From Chrysomallon squamiferum (Eukaryota > Animalia > Mollusca): a stretch of DNA of 64,000 nt. Shown in pieces: positions 1 to 30,248 of the stretch. The stretch's first letter is position 1, and the number at the start of each line of letters is the position of its first letter. Below the pieces are notes generated by a model. It did not search any database, was not told the origin of the DNA, and saw only the letters and a program-made list of their open reading frames with translations. The DNA lies in assembly GCA_012295275.1 (NCBI GenBank), contig CM022669.1:14880001-14944000 (forward strand), in the 5' to 3' direction. The position numbers and the translations under genes were made by a program.

Positions 1-86
1 AGTCTGGAGATACACAGACTTCTCACAAACTAAAACCACGTAATTAAAAAAAAAAGAAAAAGAAAAGTGAACTGTGCCTGTACATT

Positions 87-380
87 GGGTGAATTGGTCA
101 CCATGACTATAAACTGGGTGATTTGGTCACTGTGGTTATGTATCGGATGAAATGGTCACTTTGGTTATATTTTGGGTGAGTTACTCACAGTGGCTATATA
201 TATATATATTGGATGAATTAATATGACTGTGTATCAGCTATATACTGGGGTGAATTTGTTACTGTGGCTATATATTGGATGAATTGGTCAGTGTGGCTAT
301 AAACTGGGTGAACTGGTCACTGTGGCTATGTATATATAGGGTGAAATAGTCACAATGGCTATGAACTGGGTAAAATGGTT
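87..380. repeat. ~29-bp minisatellite, ~10 diverged copies
   Basis: Recurrent unit GGGTGAATTGGTCACTGTGGCTATAAACT with substitutions and small (TA)n insertions. Confidence 0.85.
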
Positions 381-1329
381 TTTGAGGCTATAAGTCGATG
401 AACTGGAACATAGTGACCTTTCTCAGTGAAGCATACTTCATTACATGTCTTTTCAAAGTTGATGGTTTAAAAAGAAATGTTAATAACAATAAAAATAGTA
501 AAAAATAATAATTATAATAATAATAATAACTGCAACCTGAAATACATATAAGAGAGATAGACCTTATATGTCCCCAGTAAAATGGCATTTCTGAAATGTA
601 GGTGTCAGGAGAGTGTGTGGTTTGTGAATGAACTTAATGGAAATTCAGTTGTGACTGGAAATAATGGCAGATCATTTGAGTGTGGAAATGATGGTAAATC
701 ATTTGTCAGAGGGGAAACAGTTGGCAAATTATTTGTTAATGAAAATGATGACATTTTGTTCTCCTGACTGAAATTCAAATGAATGCCGTAGTTTCAGTCA
801 TACAGGTGAAATGTGCTTATTGATGTAGATGCAAAAACAAAAGTCGATACAGTCGACTCTAAAAGAATTCAGAGCATGCTGCTAGTTTCAGAGCAAGAGT
901 CTTTAATACCATGTCACAGGGAAGGAATTTTAATTTCATTTATTTTCACTCTTTATTATTACCGATTGTTTTGTTTTTCACTTTTGTTTTACATTTTGTT
1001 ATCTGTATTTTTTTGATACCCTTGTTTGTCATAATAATACACATTGCTTTAAATTTCTAAATAAATAAATGATATTGTTTGTCTTAATGTGTAGAAAATG
1101 AACACACTGTTTTTTTGCTTTCAAGAGATGATGACCAGATTTCATTGAAATATATCAGCTATTGGTTATTTTGATGAAAAGACTATATATGTGGTTAAAA
1201 TAATGGCCTGAGATGAGAGGGGTCAAAGGATCAATACTTGACAATAGACCCTCTGAGTTATTTCATACTTGGCTGTGTCCTGTTATCAACCTGATAATTG
1301 TTTAAAAAGGATAGTAAGTTCAATCATCC

Positions 1330-1620
1330 TTGATGATTCTTTTATGTTATTTCAGGTTTCAGCCATTTACTAAAGGTTGTGGTGTGTGTTTTCAAAACAA
1401 CATTAGGTCAGATGCTCTTTGGTGATTCCCTTGTGTTATTTCAGGGTTCAGCCTGTTATCCAAAAGCATGGATATGTGTTTTTGAAACAACAATAAGTCC
1501 AATCCACCTTGACAGGCATGTTTCAGGTTTCAGCCATTTATTAAACTGCATGGTATGTGCTGTGCTGTCTCTGTTAAGAAGTACATACGAGATCTTTGCT
1601 GCTGATAGCAATGATTAATA
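1330..1620 (+). repeat. Three ~90-bp diverged tandem units, probably SINE-derived
   Basis: TTTCAGGTTTCAGCCATTTA..AAAGG/AAAGC..TGGT(A/G)TGTG recurs at ~1350, ~1440 and ~1520. The third unit runs into TGGTATGTGCTGTGCTGTC..GATCTTTGCTGCTGAT, which resembles the AAAGGCCATGGTATGTACTGTTCTGTC segment at ~18910. SINE identity is from recall only. Confidence 0.5.
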
Positions 1621-2213
1621 CAGATTTCTTTTTAAAACTTCATGTCAGGAATATTGTCTGACATTTGAAAGCCAATGACAGAAAATAAAAATAAAATACT
1701 ATTTGTGTTCAAACTGTCCTCAAAATAAACTGTAACTTTGACTGCGGCTGGCTCATTTACAGCGTCAGATACATAGGACTGATGTTATTGTTGTTTTCCA
1801 GTCCAAGGATGATAATATATTCCAGTAATCACGGCACATGCTAGCCAATTATCACAGTGTCCAGTCCACTGGTAGATTAGATGAGAAGTAATTAAAACCA
1901 AACACACTGGAACTGATAAATGGGAAATACGATGCCAGGAGTTAAATCAGGCTTGGTATGAAGTTCCTAGTCAAACTGTTTGCCTTAGACAGGCTCTGAA
2001 AGAGTTGATGCCTGTCTTAAGGTGATAAACTCACTGATGAAGTAAACGTTTGTGTCCATATCAGGCGTGCATGAACATTCATCAGTAAAGTATAGTTATA
2101 AAATTATTGATCCCCTTCCTCCCTAAAGGTCATCGGCATCTTGAAATTATTTGGGTATATTTATTCAGGTTTTTTTTCTAAATGTTTTTAACTGTAGTGT
2201 ATTTTTTATTTTA

Positions 2214-2247
<34 letters not shown>

Positions 2248-3774
2248 TTTTTTTTTTTTTTTTAGTTATATAGCAGTTTGATATTATGTAACAAAAAACA
2301 ACAATAGCTGAAGTGTATTTACATGCTTGTATAAATGTGAGTGAAAGAGTGTGATGTGTCTTTATAAAAACTAGTGCTTAAGATTAGCCTATAATCTGTG
2401 TATAATAACATATCCTTTTGTGTTTAGCTTAGTGTACAAATATATAATATTAATATTGTGAATGGTAAGTACTGTGCTGTTTAGAAAATAAAAATAATAA
2501 CCATTCCTCAAAATAAAACCTGTTGAATAATTGCGTCACTTAAAACCGAAATAATGAGAATATCTGCTTAAAAAGTAAAGTGTAGATATCAGGGTCAGAT
2601 CCAGGATTTTGGAAAGGGGTTGGTATATTTATTTTTCATTCAGATATGTTTTGATATGAACAAGTTCATTATATAGAAAAGATACAAAAAAATTTAATGC
2701 ATAGGAGCATTCAAAAAATTAATGATTTAACAGTGTGCATGGAAAGATTCAAAATATTAATTTTAAATACAACAAAATGAGTTCATTCAGTTTCAGTTTT
2801 CTTCAAAATAACATAAATAAACTGATATGTAAAAATGTTGAAATGAATGTATCTCAGCTTCACGCCATGTTCCTTTATGTGCTTGTAAAACGTGGAATAA
2901 TGTATTTATTTCAAACATGCCGATACATAGATATTTTTATTTACCTTCAGAATAAACGTTATCACTTTTACTACATGTCAGACTGTGTACTATCACTCAT
3001 AATAAAATGCTTATTTAATATATTTAATATAAAACAGTGTGAATCTATATTTAATATAAAACAGTGTGAATCTGAATACAACAGATGTTAGTAAATTCTT
3101 CTTTCTGAAAGTATGTCAGGCTGAACAATTTAATTTATAATAAAATTCTTGATAAACATTTAAAATAAAACCACATTAACTTTAAACTAACTGGTTGGTG
3201 AATTTTTGTTCTTTGATAATATATTACAAACACTAAAATGGAGATGAATATATTTAAAACAGCTTTTTAGCATGGAAAAAGGAAGTGAATTTGAAGAAAT
3301 ATAATATTAATAGTTTCTATTATTAGAATTATTTTAATGTAGGAGTTAAGAAAGAGCTACATTTCAAGTTAAGCTGTTTGACAAATAATTTCAGTGTTTT
3401 ATTTTAGATTTGTGTTCAAAGTTACTGTAAATATATGAATAAATCATGAACTTGCACAGATTATGTGTGATTCTTAATTTCAATATATTCATTAACTTGC
3501 TTTTAAATTAATTATTTAATTATAAAAATATATATATTTGACTAAATTACAGGATTTACTTATTTAATTAAAAAATATATATAATTCGGAATATGAATAA
3601 CTTACGTCATTTATTTATTTTATTTTTATTTTTATTTTTTAATGAAATATTATATGAAGACTTGTATTCCAGAAATTTATAAATAGTTTTAAAAATTAGG
3701 ACTGCACACTTAATAATTTTTTTTTTTTTTTTTTTTTTTTTTTAATCAAGTCTTAAAATAGTAGACAATTGAAT

Positions 3775-4230
3775 AACTAAATTTTCTATCCACAGTGTGT
3801 TATTAACAGGATATGGTCAGTCACTACATTTTTTTTATCACTATCTTACTAAAGAATTGTTAACAGTAATATGGTCATACAGGAACAATGATATATATGT
3901 AAAGTCAAGTAACTAATTTTTATCTAAGTCATTAGATAATGTGTAGCACAGTAACATGGCCAGTCAAAAATCTAATAAATAAAATAACTATTTTTCTATC
4001 ACTAACTTACTGATAGGTTGCTTTCAGTGATCTGAGCAGGCAGCTAATAGTGACATATATGTAAAGCTGTATAGATAGTTTCTGTCTCTCTGGTTTACCA
4101 ATCTGCTGTTACCAAGAACTGACCAGATAATTAGCTTTCTATCACTAACTTATTAATTAACTGTTACCAGTGACCTGGTCGGTCTCATGGTCTCGCTAAA
4201 AGGACAGTGCTGAACTTTTAATTAAATACA
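3775..4230 (+). repeat. Degenerate tandem array of a ~60-100-bp repeat fragment (SINE-tail-like)
   Basis: TTTCTATCACTAACTTA..TGTTA(A/C)CAGT(G/A)A..TGGTC recurs 5-6 times. The last copy ends GGTCTCGCTAAAAGGAC..AACTTTTAATTAAA. Confidence 0.5.
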
Positions 4231-7200
4231 AGTCTTGTAATAAATTTAAGTTACTCTGAACATTCACAAACATTAAGTGTTGTTTTTCGTTGTAACTGTT
4301 CATCTGTTCGGGTTGAAAAGTTTAATTAAGTTTTAATTTAGGTCTAGTTTTTTTCCTAATTTGTCTGTGTTTTGTATATATTAAATTGTTATTTTTATTT
4401 ATTTAATTAAATTTCGTTATTGAATTCTAACCTTTTACATGTTTTGTACTGTTAAAAAAAAGATTAATTTACACAGAGAGATATATAAACTCTTTCACAT
4501 GCACTCACGTATACACACATTGATATACTGTTATTCTGCACACTCTCACCCATGCATGCACACACACACACAGAACCTTATATATATTTAATTTGATTTA
4601 TTTGCCCCAGCAGTTTTTTTTATTACTGACAAAATGAAATTTTTTACTTTCATCTTTAGGATTTTTAGCTTTGAAGTATATTCTTATTTATTTATTTATT
4701 ATTATTATTTCTGTTTTTAAATTTATTAGATTGGCATACATGTTTACATTAAGAGAAAACAAATTTAACTGTCTCATAATCCATTCAAATTTCATTAGAT
4801 GTGCAAACAGAACAATTTATTGACTTAAATTATTAGGTTTACAAATAAATAAAAGATAATACAATTTCATGTACAAAAATAATTTAATATTTAACTCTTT
4901 ATTTTATCAGACAGAAATGTATGTTGATATCCATTTGCAGTTTCTTTTCCTTATTTCAAACATAAGATAATTTGTTCATACACAGAAATAGAGGTACTTA
5001 TTAATGCGATTGGTTTTAGGGAAATTATTATATTCATCTATAATTTTTATATATTACTGCATGCAAAGAATATCTATTAATATAATCAATACTGAGGAAA
5101 ATGTTTCCAACAGTTTAAATAAATGTTGTATAAAGTCTGATACATTTTTGTCTTGCAATCAAAATAATAATACTTTCTGTACAGAAATATGAATTAAGAA
5201 TCAGTAGTTTCTGTCATGATTATTTTATTTGTGTTATATAATCTCCAGGATGTCTGATGTTTAGAAAAAATGATAATGAAATTGTTTTTGACAAAAAACA
5301 AAAAAAGGATACTGTAATTAAATTGAATTTCCCATGATCAAGTGCTTGTTTTAAATGTTCATTACATTTTAATGACATTGAAGACTATAAAAGCTGACAT
5401 TCGGGAAGATTAAAATGTTTGTGGTATTAGAATTAATTGTATTTGTTTTTCACAATATATTTAAAGTCATTTCAGCAAAATTTTCTGCAAAAAGCAAGTG
5501 AAAATATTAATTCCTTCCATCATGAAAACACAATTATATCAAATCAGTTATGAAAGTCATCAACAAAATTAATTTTGGAGAAAGAAAAAAAAAAAAATCA
5601 TTCACAGCATTTATCATGTTTATTTTCCAAATATATTTACATTCATTGCTGTTACAGCTTCAAATACAAAAATTTCAAAAGAAAAAAGAAATGGATGAAA
5701 ATGTTATGTTTTACACATAAAATATACAATATATCACCAATGAAACAAGTATCAGATATATAGTAACATTTACAACAATAATTTACATAAAATTCAGTGT
5801 GGCAGATTTTTTTGTCCAGAATCAAAACTTTAGAATAAAACAAAGTGAAATACAGTATATCAGGCTGTTTATCTTACTATTAATAATAACAAAAGAATAG
5901 TCTATTTTGTAATACAAAGAAGATGGTGATGTACACATACTGTTAATTAGCTTGTTTTTAAATAAAACATTTGACATTCATGAAGGCTTATTACTTAATA
6001 TAAATTAAATTAAAATAACTAAATAAATAAATAAATTAAAAAAAGATGACGATTAAAAATGGCAGTGTACCTCTCTGGTGGTGTGCATGTTATGATTTTT
6101 ACAGATAATGTTTAACAGATTTTATAAATCCTAAAATAACATAAATAATGTCTAAATTAAGATTTCAATGAATATGTATATAGATATTTATGTATGTGTA
6201 ATCAAACGTTGTATGTACACTTGATGACAATGATAAATATGTAAAGCAATAATATAAAAGTTTGTTGTTTTGTTTATCCAAACACCAAGTATTCTGATGT
6301 GTTACAGTGAATATTTGTTTAACATCAAACACATTTTACTGCATGTTGAGCATCTCTTTATAATTCTGAAATACTAAAACCACCCCAAAAAAACAACACA
6401 TTATTTTAAAAAAATTTATTATAATTTTTTGTTGTTGTTGATGTTTTTATTAATTTATTTATTTATTTTATTTATATATTATTATCATTGTTATTATTAT
6501 TATTACTATTATTGTCATTATTATTATTATTATTTAACAATCAGATCTACAATCACTTAACTTTGTGCTTCAGTACAGTGTACAAACATCTTTCCATGGA
6601 CCAAATTATTATTATATATATAAAATATTGTATAACATTAATTACTTCAGACCAAGTGTATAAACCATATATGATATATAGAAGGTTTTCTCATTTGGTT
6701 CCTGAAGTTATGACACTATTACTATTCCAAAATCTGATACATCCCATGCATTTAAATGAGGGTTGGTCAGACTGTGTTGACAATTATCAATTACATATTT
6801 AATGAACAAAAAATAATATGTAAAAAATGTATATTTTTTATGACATTTAAACATGCTTTAATACACAAATTAATGGTTATTGCAGTAAATCTCAACATAT
6901 CTTGCATAATCATGATATACAAGAAAAAAATAAAAATAAAAAATACATCTGCTACCATCACATTATTATGCATAATTAAACAGCAAGGAAGCTTTTGTAT
7001 ATGCACTTTGTTACAAACACGAAAGCACAAGACATGGTCTTTAACAAACCAATACTGAGCACTGTTTGTAATGGGAAATAAATGAAAATATTAGATTGTT
7101 TATCTACAATATTCAACCCAGTAAACTATGAAAAAAACTCCAGAGAATTGAAATTTTGTTTTTTTATTTTATTATTATTATTTTATTTATTCTTATATTT

Positions 7201-8019
7201 TTTTCCTATAATCATGTGCTATTAAGTTACCTTAAGCTGAACGAGTTCAGTCCATTAAACTGACTTTAAAACGAATTCTGCAAGGAAAATCATTAAAACC
7301 CCAAAAGAAGAAAGAATTGATTTGATGTTGACAACTGAGGTTTGAAATTCACTTTCATACAACATTTCTGACTGCAGATTGTGTGGTTTGAATGACGAGG
7401 GAATAAAATTTTGGTTAAAACAAATGAAACTAAAAAAAAAATATGAATAAAACAAATAGATGAGTTTTCAAAAAACAGTTATTTATTTCTTTATTTTTTA
7501 TTAAGTTATTTTTTTTTTTTTTTTTTGCATTTCTTGGGAGCTTTTTCTGTTAACAGAAGCTCTGTATCCAGGCTTAATACAGAATGTACTAAATTGCTTT
7601 TTAAAAGGGAACGTTTTTAAAGCTTATTCATTAAAATGCTGTTAAAAATATGGCCTAGGTTAATAGTGGTATCTGAACATGTAATTATTTTATTTAAATA
7701 TATGATGTGTAGCTATCAAAAAGAGAAAAAAAAATTTAATAATAATAATAATAATTAATAAATAAATAAATACATTATAGTGTAATAAATGATGTGTTTG
7801 CACCAAATTATAAAGTTATTGTTTTGCACCATTCAACATAAAACACATGTATCACTTGGATATGTACAATTTATGATGAAGTAGAAGGTTAAAACAAAAC
7901 TGAACTGTAATATATATTTATTTATTTATTTCAGTCAGTCTTGTTTGCAATGTTAAAATCATGATTTGTTTCTTCTTTATTACATGTATAATGTATCAAT
8001 ATTATTATTGTATTAGTTA

Positions 8020-8370
8020 CAGTAGAAGTATTAGTATTAACAACTATCACAGTGATAGCTGTATTGGCAACAGTTACCACAGAAATAGCAGCAGTATTAA
8101 ATGTACTGATGGTTTTAGTTGGAACAGTAGCAGCATTCGTTGACAGTGTAGTAACTGTAAGTATCTGGAACAGTGATACAGTTGCATTATCATTATTCGA
8201 GTAATAGTAGTAGCAGTAACAGTAACAGCAACAGTAACAGCAGCAGCAACAATAGCGCAATAAATCAATATGGTAATCATATTATTAAATAGTTACAGAA
8301 CAGCTGGAAATGGATGTGGTAGTCGTAGTGATGGTAACAGTAGCAATGGTATTAATTAACAGTACCAATG
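8020..8370. repeat. Degenerate (AGT/AGC/AAC) trinucleotide low-complexity tract
   Basis: Runs such as AGTAACAGTAACAGCAACAGTAACAGCAGCAGCAAC. They generate spurious Cys/Thr-rich ORFs. Confidence 0.7.
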
Positions 8371-8430
8371 ATACAAAATATGAGTATATAATGTTAATTT
8401 AAACGAGATATATATATATATAAGTATTTG

Positions 8431-24797
<16,367 letters not shown>

Positions 24798-25081
24798 TCT
24801 CGCGAGCACGAATCAGGGGCGTGCCCAATGGACGAGGATGTGGAAGGTGATTAGGCTGGCGAGGCTGGAACGGCGACATGGTGCAAGAGCCGGTCATATC
24901 CGTTTTTGCTGTGTCTTGGTTTTCATCTACAAGCTGAGAGCAAGATACGTTTTTTGTTTTTTTGATTATACGGTGAAAGGAATAAAGTGAATATATATAT
25001 GCGAAAACTGTTTTAGTCTAGTTCAGATCTTTAAGATATAATGTGTCATCAAAGGTTTAATGAATTTTTTAAAAAAACTTT

Positions 25082-25084
<3 letters not shown>

Positions 25085-25157
<73 letters not shown>
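25085..25157. repeat. (CT)n microsatellite
   Basis: Directly visible. Confidence 0.95.
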
Positions 25158-27204
25158 TTGTCTAGCTCTTTAAGTTTTAGTACGCATATAATAATTATAA
25201 TAATGATATGATAACAACAGCAGCAACAACAATAACAACATCAAAAACAACACCGCCAACAACAAAACAACAATATATATATTTTTTTTCATTTGATTAT
25301 TTAAATAACAATTTATAGCTAAATATTGTTTTCTGTTTTCCTTCTGGCATAACGCATAAATTTTATAAAAGCGTACTAATTTCACAATTTGCATGACTGG
25401 AGCCTGAAAGAGCCCATATTTGTAATCACGGCTTCATTAGGATCTGCCAATACCGAGATGACTCTACATTACGTACAATTACGCAACCCAGAGTTTTCAA
25501 GATCCAGGGGGAAAAAATTGGCTGGCCTTCTAATATTCATCAGCATGCCGACTTAATGATAGAGAAAGGAGGCTGCAAAACTGTTGTTGATAATGGTATT
25601 GACAAATTAATGAATACGTGAGTTAGTTTGGAGTTGTTGGTTTTTTTTTTTTAAAGTCTTAATCACAAATTCCGGGGAGAAACCCAACATTAGCACAACG
25701 AGAAAAGATCTCCAACCAAGCATGCTTTCGTAATGTATCTTAATTATTTTATCTTCGTTTTCATTTATTTTATTTTTATTTTATTTTATTTTTATTTTTT
25801 TTTTTTTTTTCATGATCGTTAATTCTGTTAAGATTAAGATATACAGTAAAAATGGAAATTAATCATTTGTGATTAAAAATTTAATATTAACTTCCTCCAT
25901 TCATGGAAATAGTAATAATAACAGAAGAAGAAGAAGAAGAAGAAGAAGAAGAAGAAGAAGAAGAAGAAAGAAGAAAGAAGATGGAAAACAAGAACAAGAA
26001 AAAGATGATAGATGGGATATGAAGTCTTCTCTCTCTTTCTCTCTCTGAATTTACCTACCTACCTATCTGTCAGTCTATCTATCTCATAAATTTTAATAAA
26101 ATAATGTTAAAAAGAAATTTAAAAAGGAACAAACAAAAAGATAAAGTGAAAAAAAAGGACTAAATTGGTTTTAAAAGAGAATAGAACAATTTTATCCGTT
26201 AAAAAAAATAAATAAATAAATAAAACTGACGAAATAAAATTAACAAGGAAGCATTAACATTAAAATACACACACTTTACCTGTCATGAAATTTCTTCTCT
26301 AAATTCATCTGACACAATCTCATCCTAAATGTCACCAGTACAAAATCTAAAATGTATCCTATCGTCAGCTGTTGCCATAGAAATTATTTTGAAAAAATAA
26401 AAAAATAAATTTTAAAAAAAAATTATATATATATATATTAAGAACCGTGAAGAGAATTTTTAAAATCCTCTCGCAGCAGAATGCACTATTTAAAATAAAT
26501 TTTAAACGACAACGCTTTAGAGATGTCAGCCCAGGGATTGTGAAAGCCCAGAAAAACCGCACGCTGCCACAGCATCAGACCGTGTCAGAGTTCTGATCCG
26601 TATCGATTTTTGCAGCTTCCGTTAGCAAGAAACTTCGGTCGTTCGCTCGGGAGTTTTGCCGAAACGTGCAAGCATCTCAGAATCCGAGCCACGCACGAGA
26701 TCTGATTAGTTGCCTGCCTGTCGCGGTTTCTTGTCGTTCGTCTCTTTCCCTGTCGGCGAATCATACTTGACGATCATGCGACAAATTTCTTGCCGTCTGC
26801 AATCACAGATTTAGTTTTTCAAATCGGAGACGGGGCACGAAGAGGTTAGAATTAAAGAAATTTGTAAGTGAATAGAGCAAAGATTCTATTATTAACGGCT
26901 ACTTCTAAATTTCGCAGTAGTAGGTGCAAAAAAAAAAAAAAAAAAAATAAAAATGAAAACACGAAGACGATTGGTTTCTGCATACAAGGCTAAAAAAATG
27001 ATCGAGCTACGTTCTGATGTCAGTCGTTATTTTTGTCTGAAGATGTTTGCAGCTAATTAGTTTTGCTTCTTATAAACAACAAAAAGAAGTTGCAGATTTT
27101 GACAAAACTAGTGGGAAATAACATCGACAGTTACAGACCATTAAAATATGTATTCTTCGGTTCACGGCGCCAGTAACCAACGTTACTCCGTCTTTGTCAG
27201 CAGT

Positions 27205-27258
<54 letters not shown>

Positions 27259-29364
27259 GCATAATCATCTTTAATTAATAATTTGCATATATTTATAACA
27301 TCTGATGTCATTTGAACGATCATTTATAAAAGATTGTTTGATACCATACTTTAATAAAAGGATTGTCAACCGGTAAAATTTCGTTCCATAATTTCTTTAC
27401 GTAATTTCATTCCTTGAAATTTTAATTCTTTTAAATAATTAGAATACAGTTAATTGGTGAAAATATTTTTGATAAAGATAAAGAAAGAAAAAAAATATAA
27501 TATTTTGGAAATGAACTTTCATTACTTTCAAGTAGTTTGACATTCAGTTTCTTTTTGTCTCGTTTTAATTTATGATTTTTTTTTTCGATAAAGATCATAA
27601 AAATTCAAATCATATAAATCAAAATTACATACATATGTATAATGTGTCTTTTTCTTGTTTTTTTTTCCCACACAGCGTGACCACTTTTCATATCAATTAT
27701 TAAATTAAACGAAAACGGGAGTGAGAAAGAAAAACTGGCCAACGCTGATATAAATCTTTACTCTTTTAGTTTTATACCATCAAATAGAAAAAGAAATCAT
27801 TAGCTCATTATAAGATAATTTAAAAGATTTAGTTCCTTTCACTGAGGCCGTCGGTGTTTGGTTGGGGAATGTCCTGGAAATTATCAGGAGAATCGCATTC
27901 TGTCAAGACATCAGAAAATCATCGACCACACGACATTTGATAACCGAGTTGATGGTAGCCGTACAGCTTGTCAGTCACACACTACAATTATCAATTAAAC
28001 AGTCACGGATCCCGTAGTACTTGATGCCTGGTATGAATGATTTATATGCTGTTTTTATGATTTATGAAACAGTTGTGAGTTCTGGTTCAAATGTCTTAAT
28101 AACGCTCATAGGAGATGCGCTGTGATCTACTGTTTTACTGGATTATTTATTTATTTATTTTATTTTATTTTATTTTATTTTATTTTATTTTATTTTATTT
28201 TATTTATTTATTTATTTATTATTATTTTTTTTACTTCGTTTTCTGATCTATATACACATAAATGCATATACACATTCATATAAACACATTTTGGGGTATT
28301 TTACATTTCTGTATTTTTGAAAAATCGTGGAAGATTATGAAAGGATAGGATGTATGTTGGGAAGTTAACTGTTCTGTGACATTTCTCTATAAGCAGTTGT
28401 TTTAAATGAATAAATGCTTAAACAGTTTTTCAAAATTTAAAGAACAATCGATTTAGGTGCCTCTGCGTTTGATAAAACTGATTAACTGCAATCTTTTGAA
28501 TTTTAGAATTATAAAAACCTCTTCGCCATCGTATATTAAAAATTTAACATGACATTTAAATTTTAGTAAGTGATAATTTACACTTTACCAATAACGTATT
28601 TAAAATTTAATGACTGTTAAGAGCATGAAGCTCTCTCCAGAATCATAATAATAGTCATTTTACAAACAAAAAAATACTCTTTCTAAATGATATTCGGATT
28701 ATGTGAGATTTTTTTTTTTTTTTGTTCTGGTGTAGCTTACCACTGGGAAATGATAAGTCAACGAAGGAAGAGTCAAGTGGTTTGACGGTAATGGAATTTG
28801 ATCCAGATTATTTGCGAGAAACACAGACGAACTCTCCTGGCTTCCAGAATCCATACAAGAGTAATCCCGCTTCACTCGAAGACTTCCTGGCATTAAACAC
28901 CGAGTTAATCTTTCATTAAGGGTCGCGAAAGCGAGTGAGAGAGTGAAAAAAAAAAAAAAAATGAACGTGCTAATAATCAGAGCAAGCTGTTGTGTTCCAC
29001 GCCCGAGACACACCCTCTCCGACAAAGCCGGGTGGCGGGGGGGGGGCGTCTGTCGAAAGACTGCGATAGTCGTACAGTAAGTTTATCTACAGCAGGTTAA
29101 TGATTGTCTCAGGAGAAAAAAACGAATGCAGATTTAATCAAACGTAAAGAGCGATAGTGAACTGGAATAGATATACATCTGAAAATTGAAAACGTGTTAT
29201 GTTAACGCGATATACAATACTGGCTTTAGACCCATTAATATGGATTAAATAAAGATCTATTTCCTATCATTTTTTTTTATAAAAAAATTTCCTCATTTAT
29301 TTCTTAATTTTGTGTATATGTGTGTGTGTTCTGTTTCTTCTTTTTGTTTTCGTTTTTTTCTTCT

Positions 29365-29401
<37 letters not shown>

Positions 29402-30212
29402 GCAGAATTAATATCTAGTCATTGATTTAGACTGTTATAATCATCTAAGTGTGTTTTCTGTGTTTTTTTATTTGTTTTGTTTTGGGCATATAGCCGTTTC
29501 TCGCATAACAGCATCAATAATAGTAGTGGTTACTGTCACTTAACCTTTCAGATGTGCTTCGTGATTGCCGAAACTGTACTTGTGTGTCGTTCTAGAGGAT
29601 AATTTACGTAACATCTTTGATTTTTGCGAATCAAGAGTCATCTTTAGCCAGAAAACACAGCTACCATGTTATCGATTTTCTGTTCCTTTCGAAAATAAGA
29701 AACTTCTTAATTTGAAACAAAAAAAACACTCGAGTTTACTTCCGCAATGCTGCCTTTAGTGTTTTTATTCGTTTTTTTTTGTTTTTTTTTTTTTTTTTCC
29801 TTTATTTTTATTATTATTATTATTATTAAAAAAAAAAATATAACAAAATAATCATAATAATAATAAAAAATTCTATTAAATTTTTTTTTTCTACAAGCAA
29901 AAGATTTTCAATGATAATTTTATTCTATACAATTTTATTCTATACAAACAGTTGATGTGTTCTCACTTGGAATGGGAGATTTGTCTTCTTATAATTAAGC
30001 TTTTTTTAAAACCTGACACCAGATAATACTGATATGTTTCATTCAACCAGACGCATGCAACATTAAAAAAAACATAACCTGGAACAATTTGAGGACTTGC
30101 CATTTCAAGAACGCTAAAGATCGTTTTATCCATTTTCTATTTTAACGTCAATTAATTACCTCAATTTTGAATACTATAAAAAAAAAATTATATATATATA
30201 TATTTTTGATGA

Positions 30213-30248
<36 letters not shown>

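Noticed and set aside
87-380. CRISPR-like regular ~29-bp repeats
   Set aside because: Head-to-tail units without unique spacers, eukaryotic context, no cas genes: a minisatellite.
582-1016. Short ORFs with NG(K/R)SF repeats as a possible selenoprotein last exon
   Set aside because: A degenerate ~27-30-bp tandem repeat with stops in all frames and no recognisable homology or Sec/Cys motif.
2590-2622. CAGGGTCAGATCCAGGATTTT transposon-like end
   Set aside because: Too short, with no partner TIR or TSD found.
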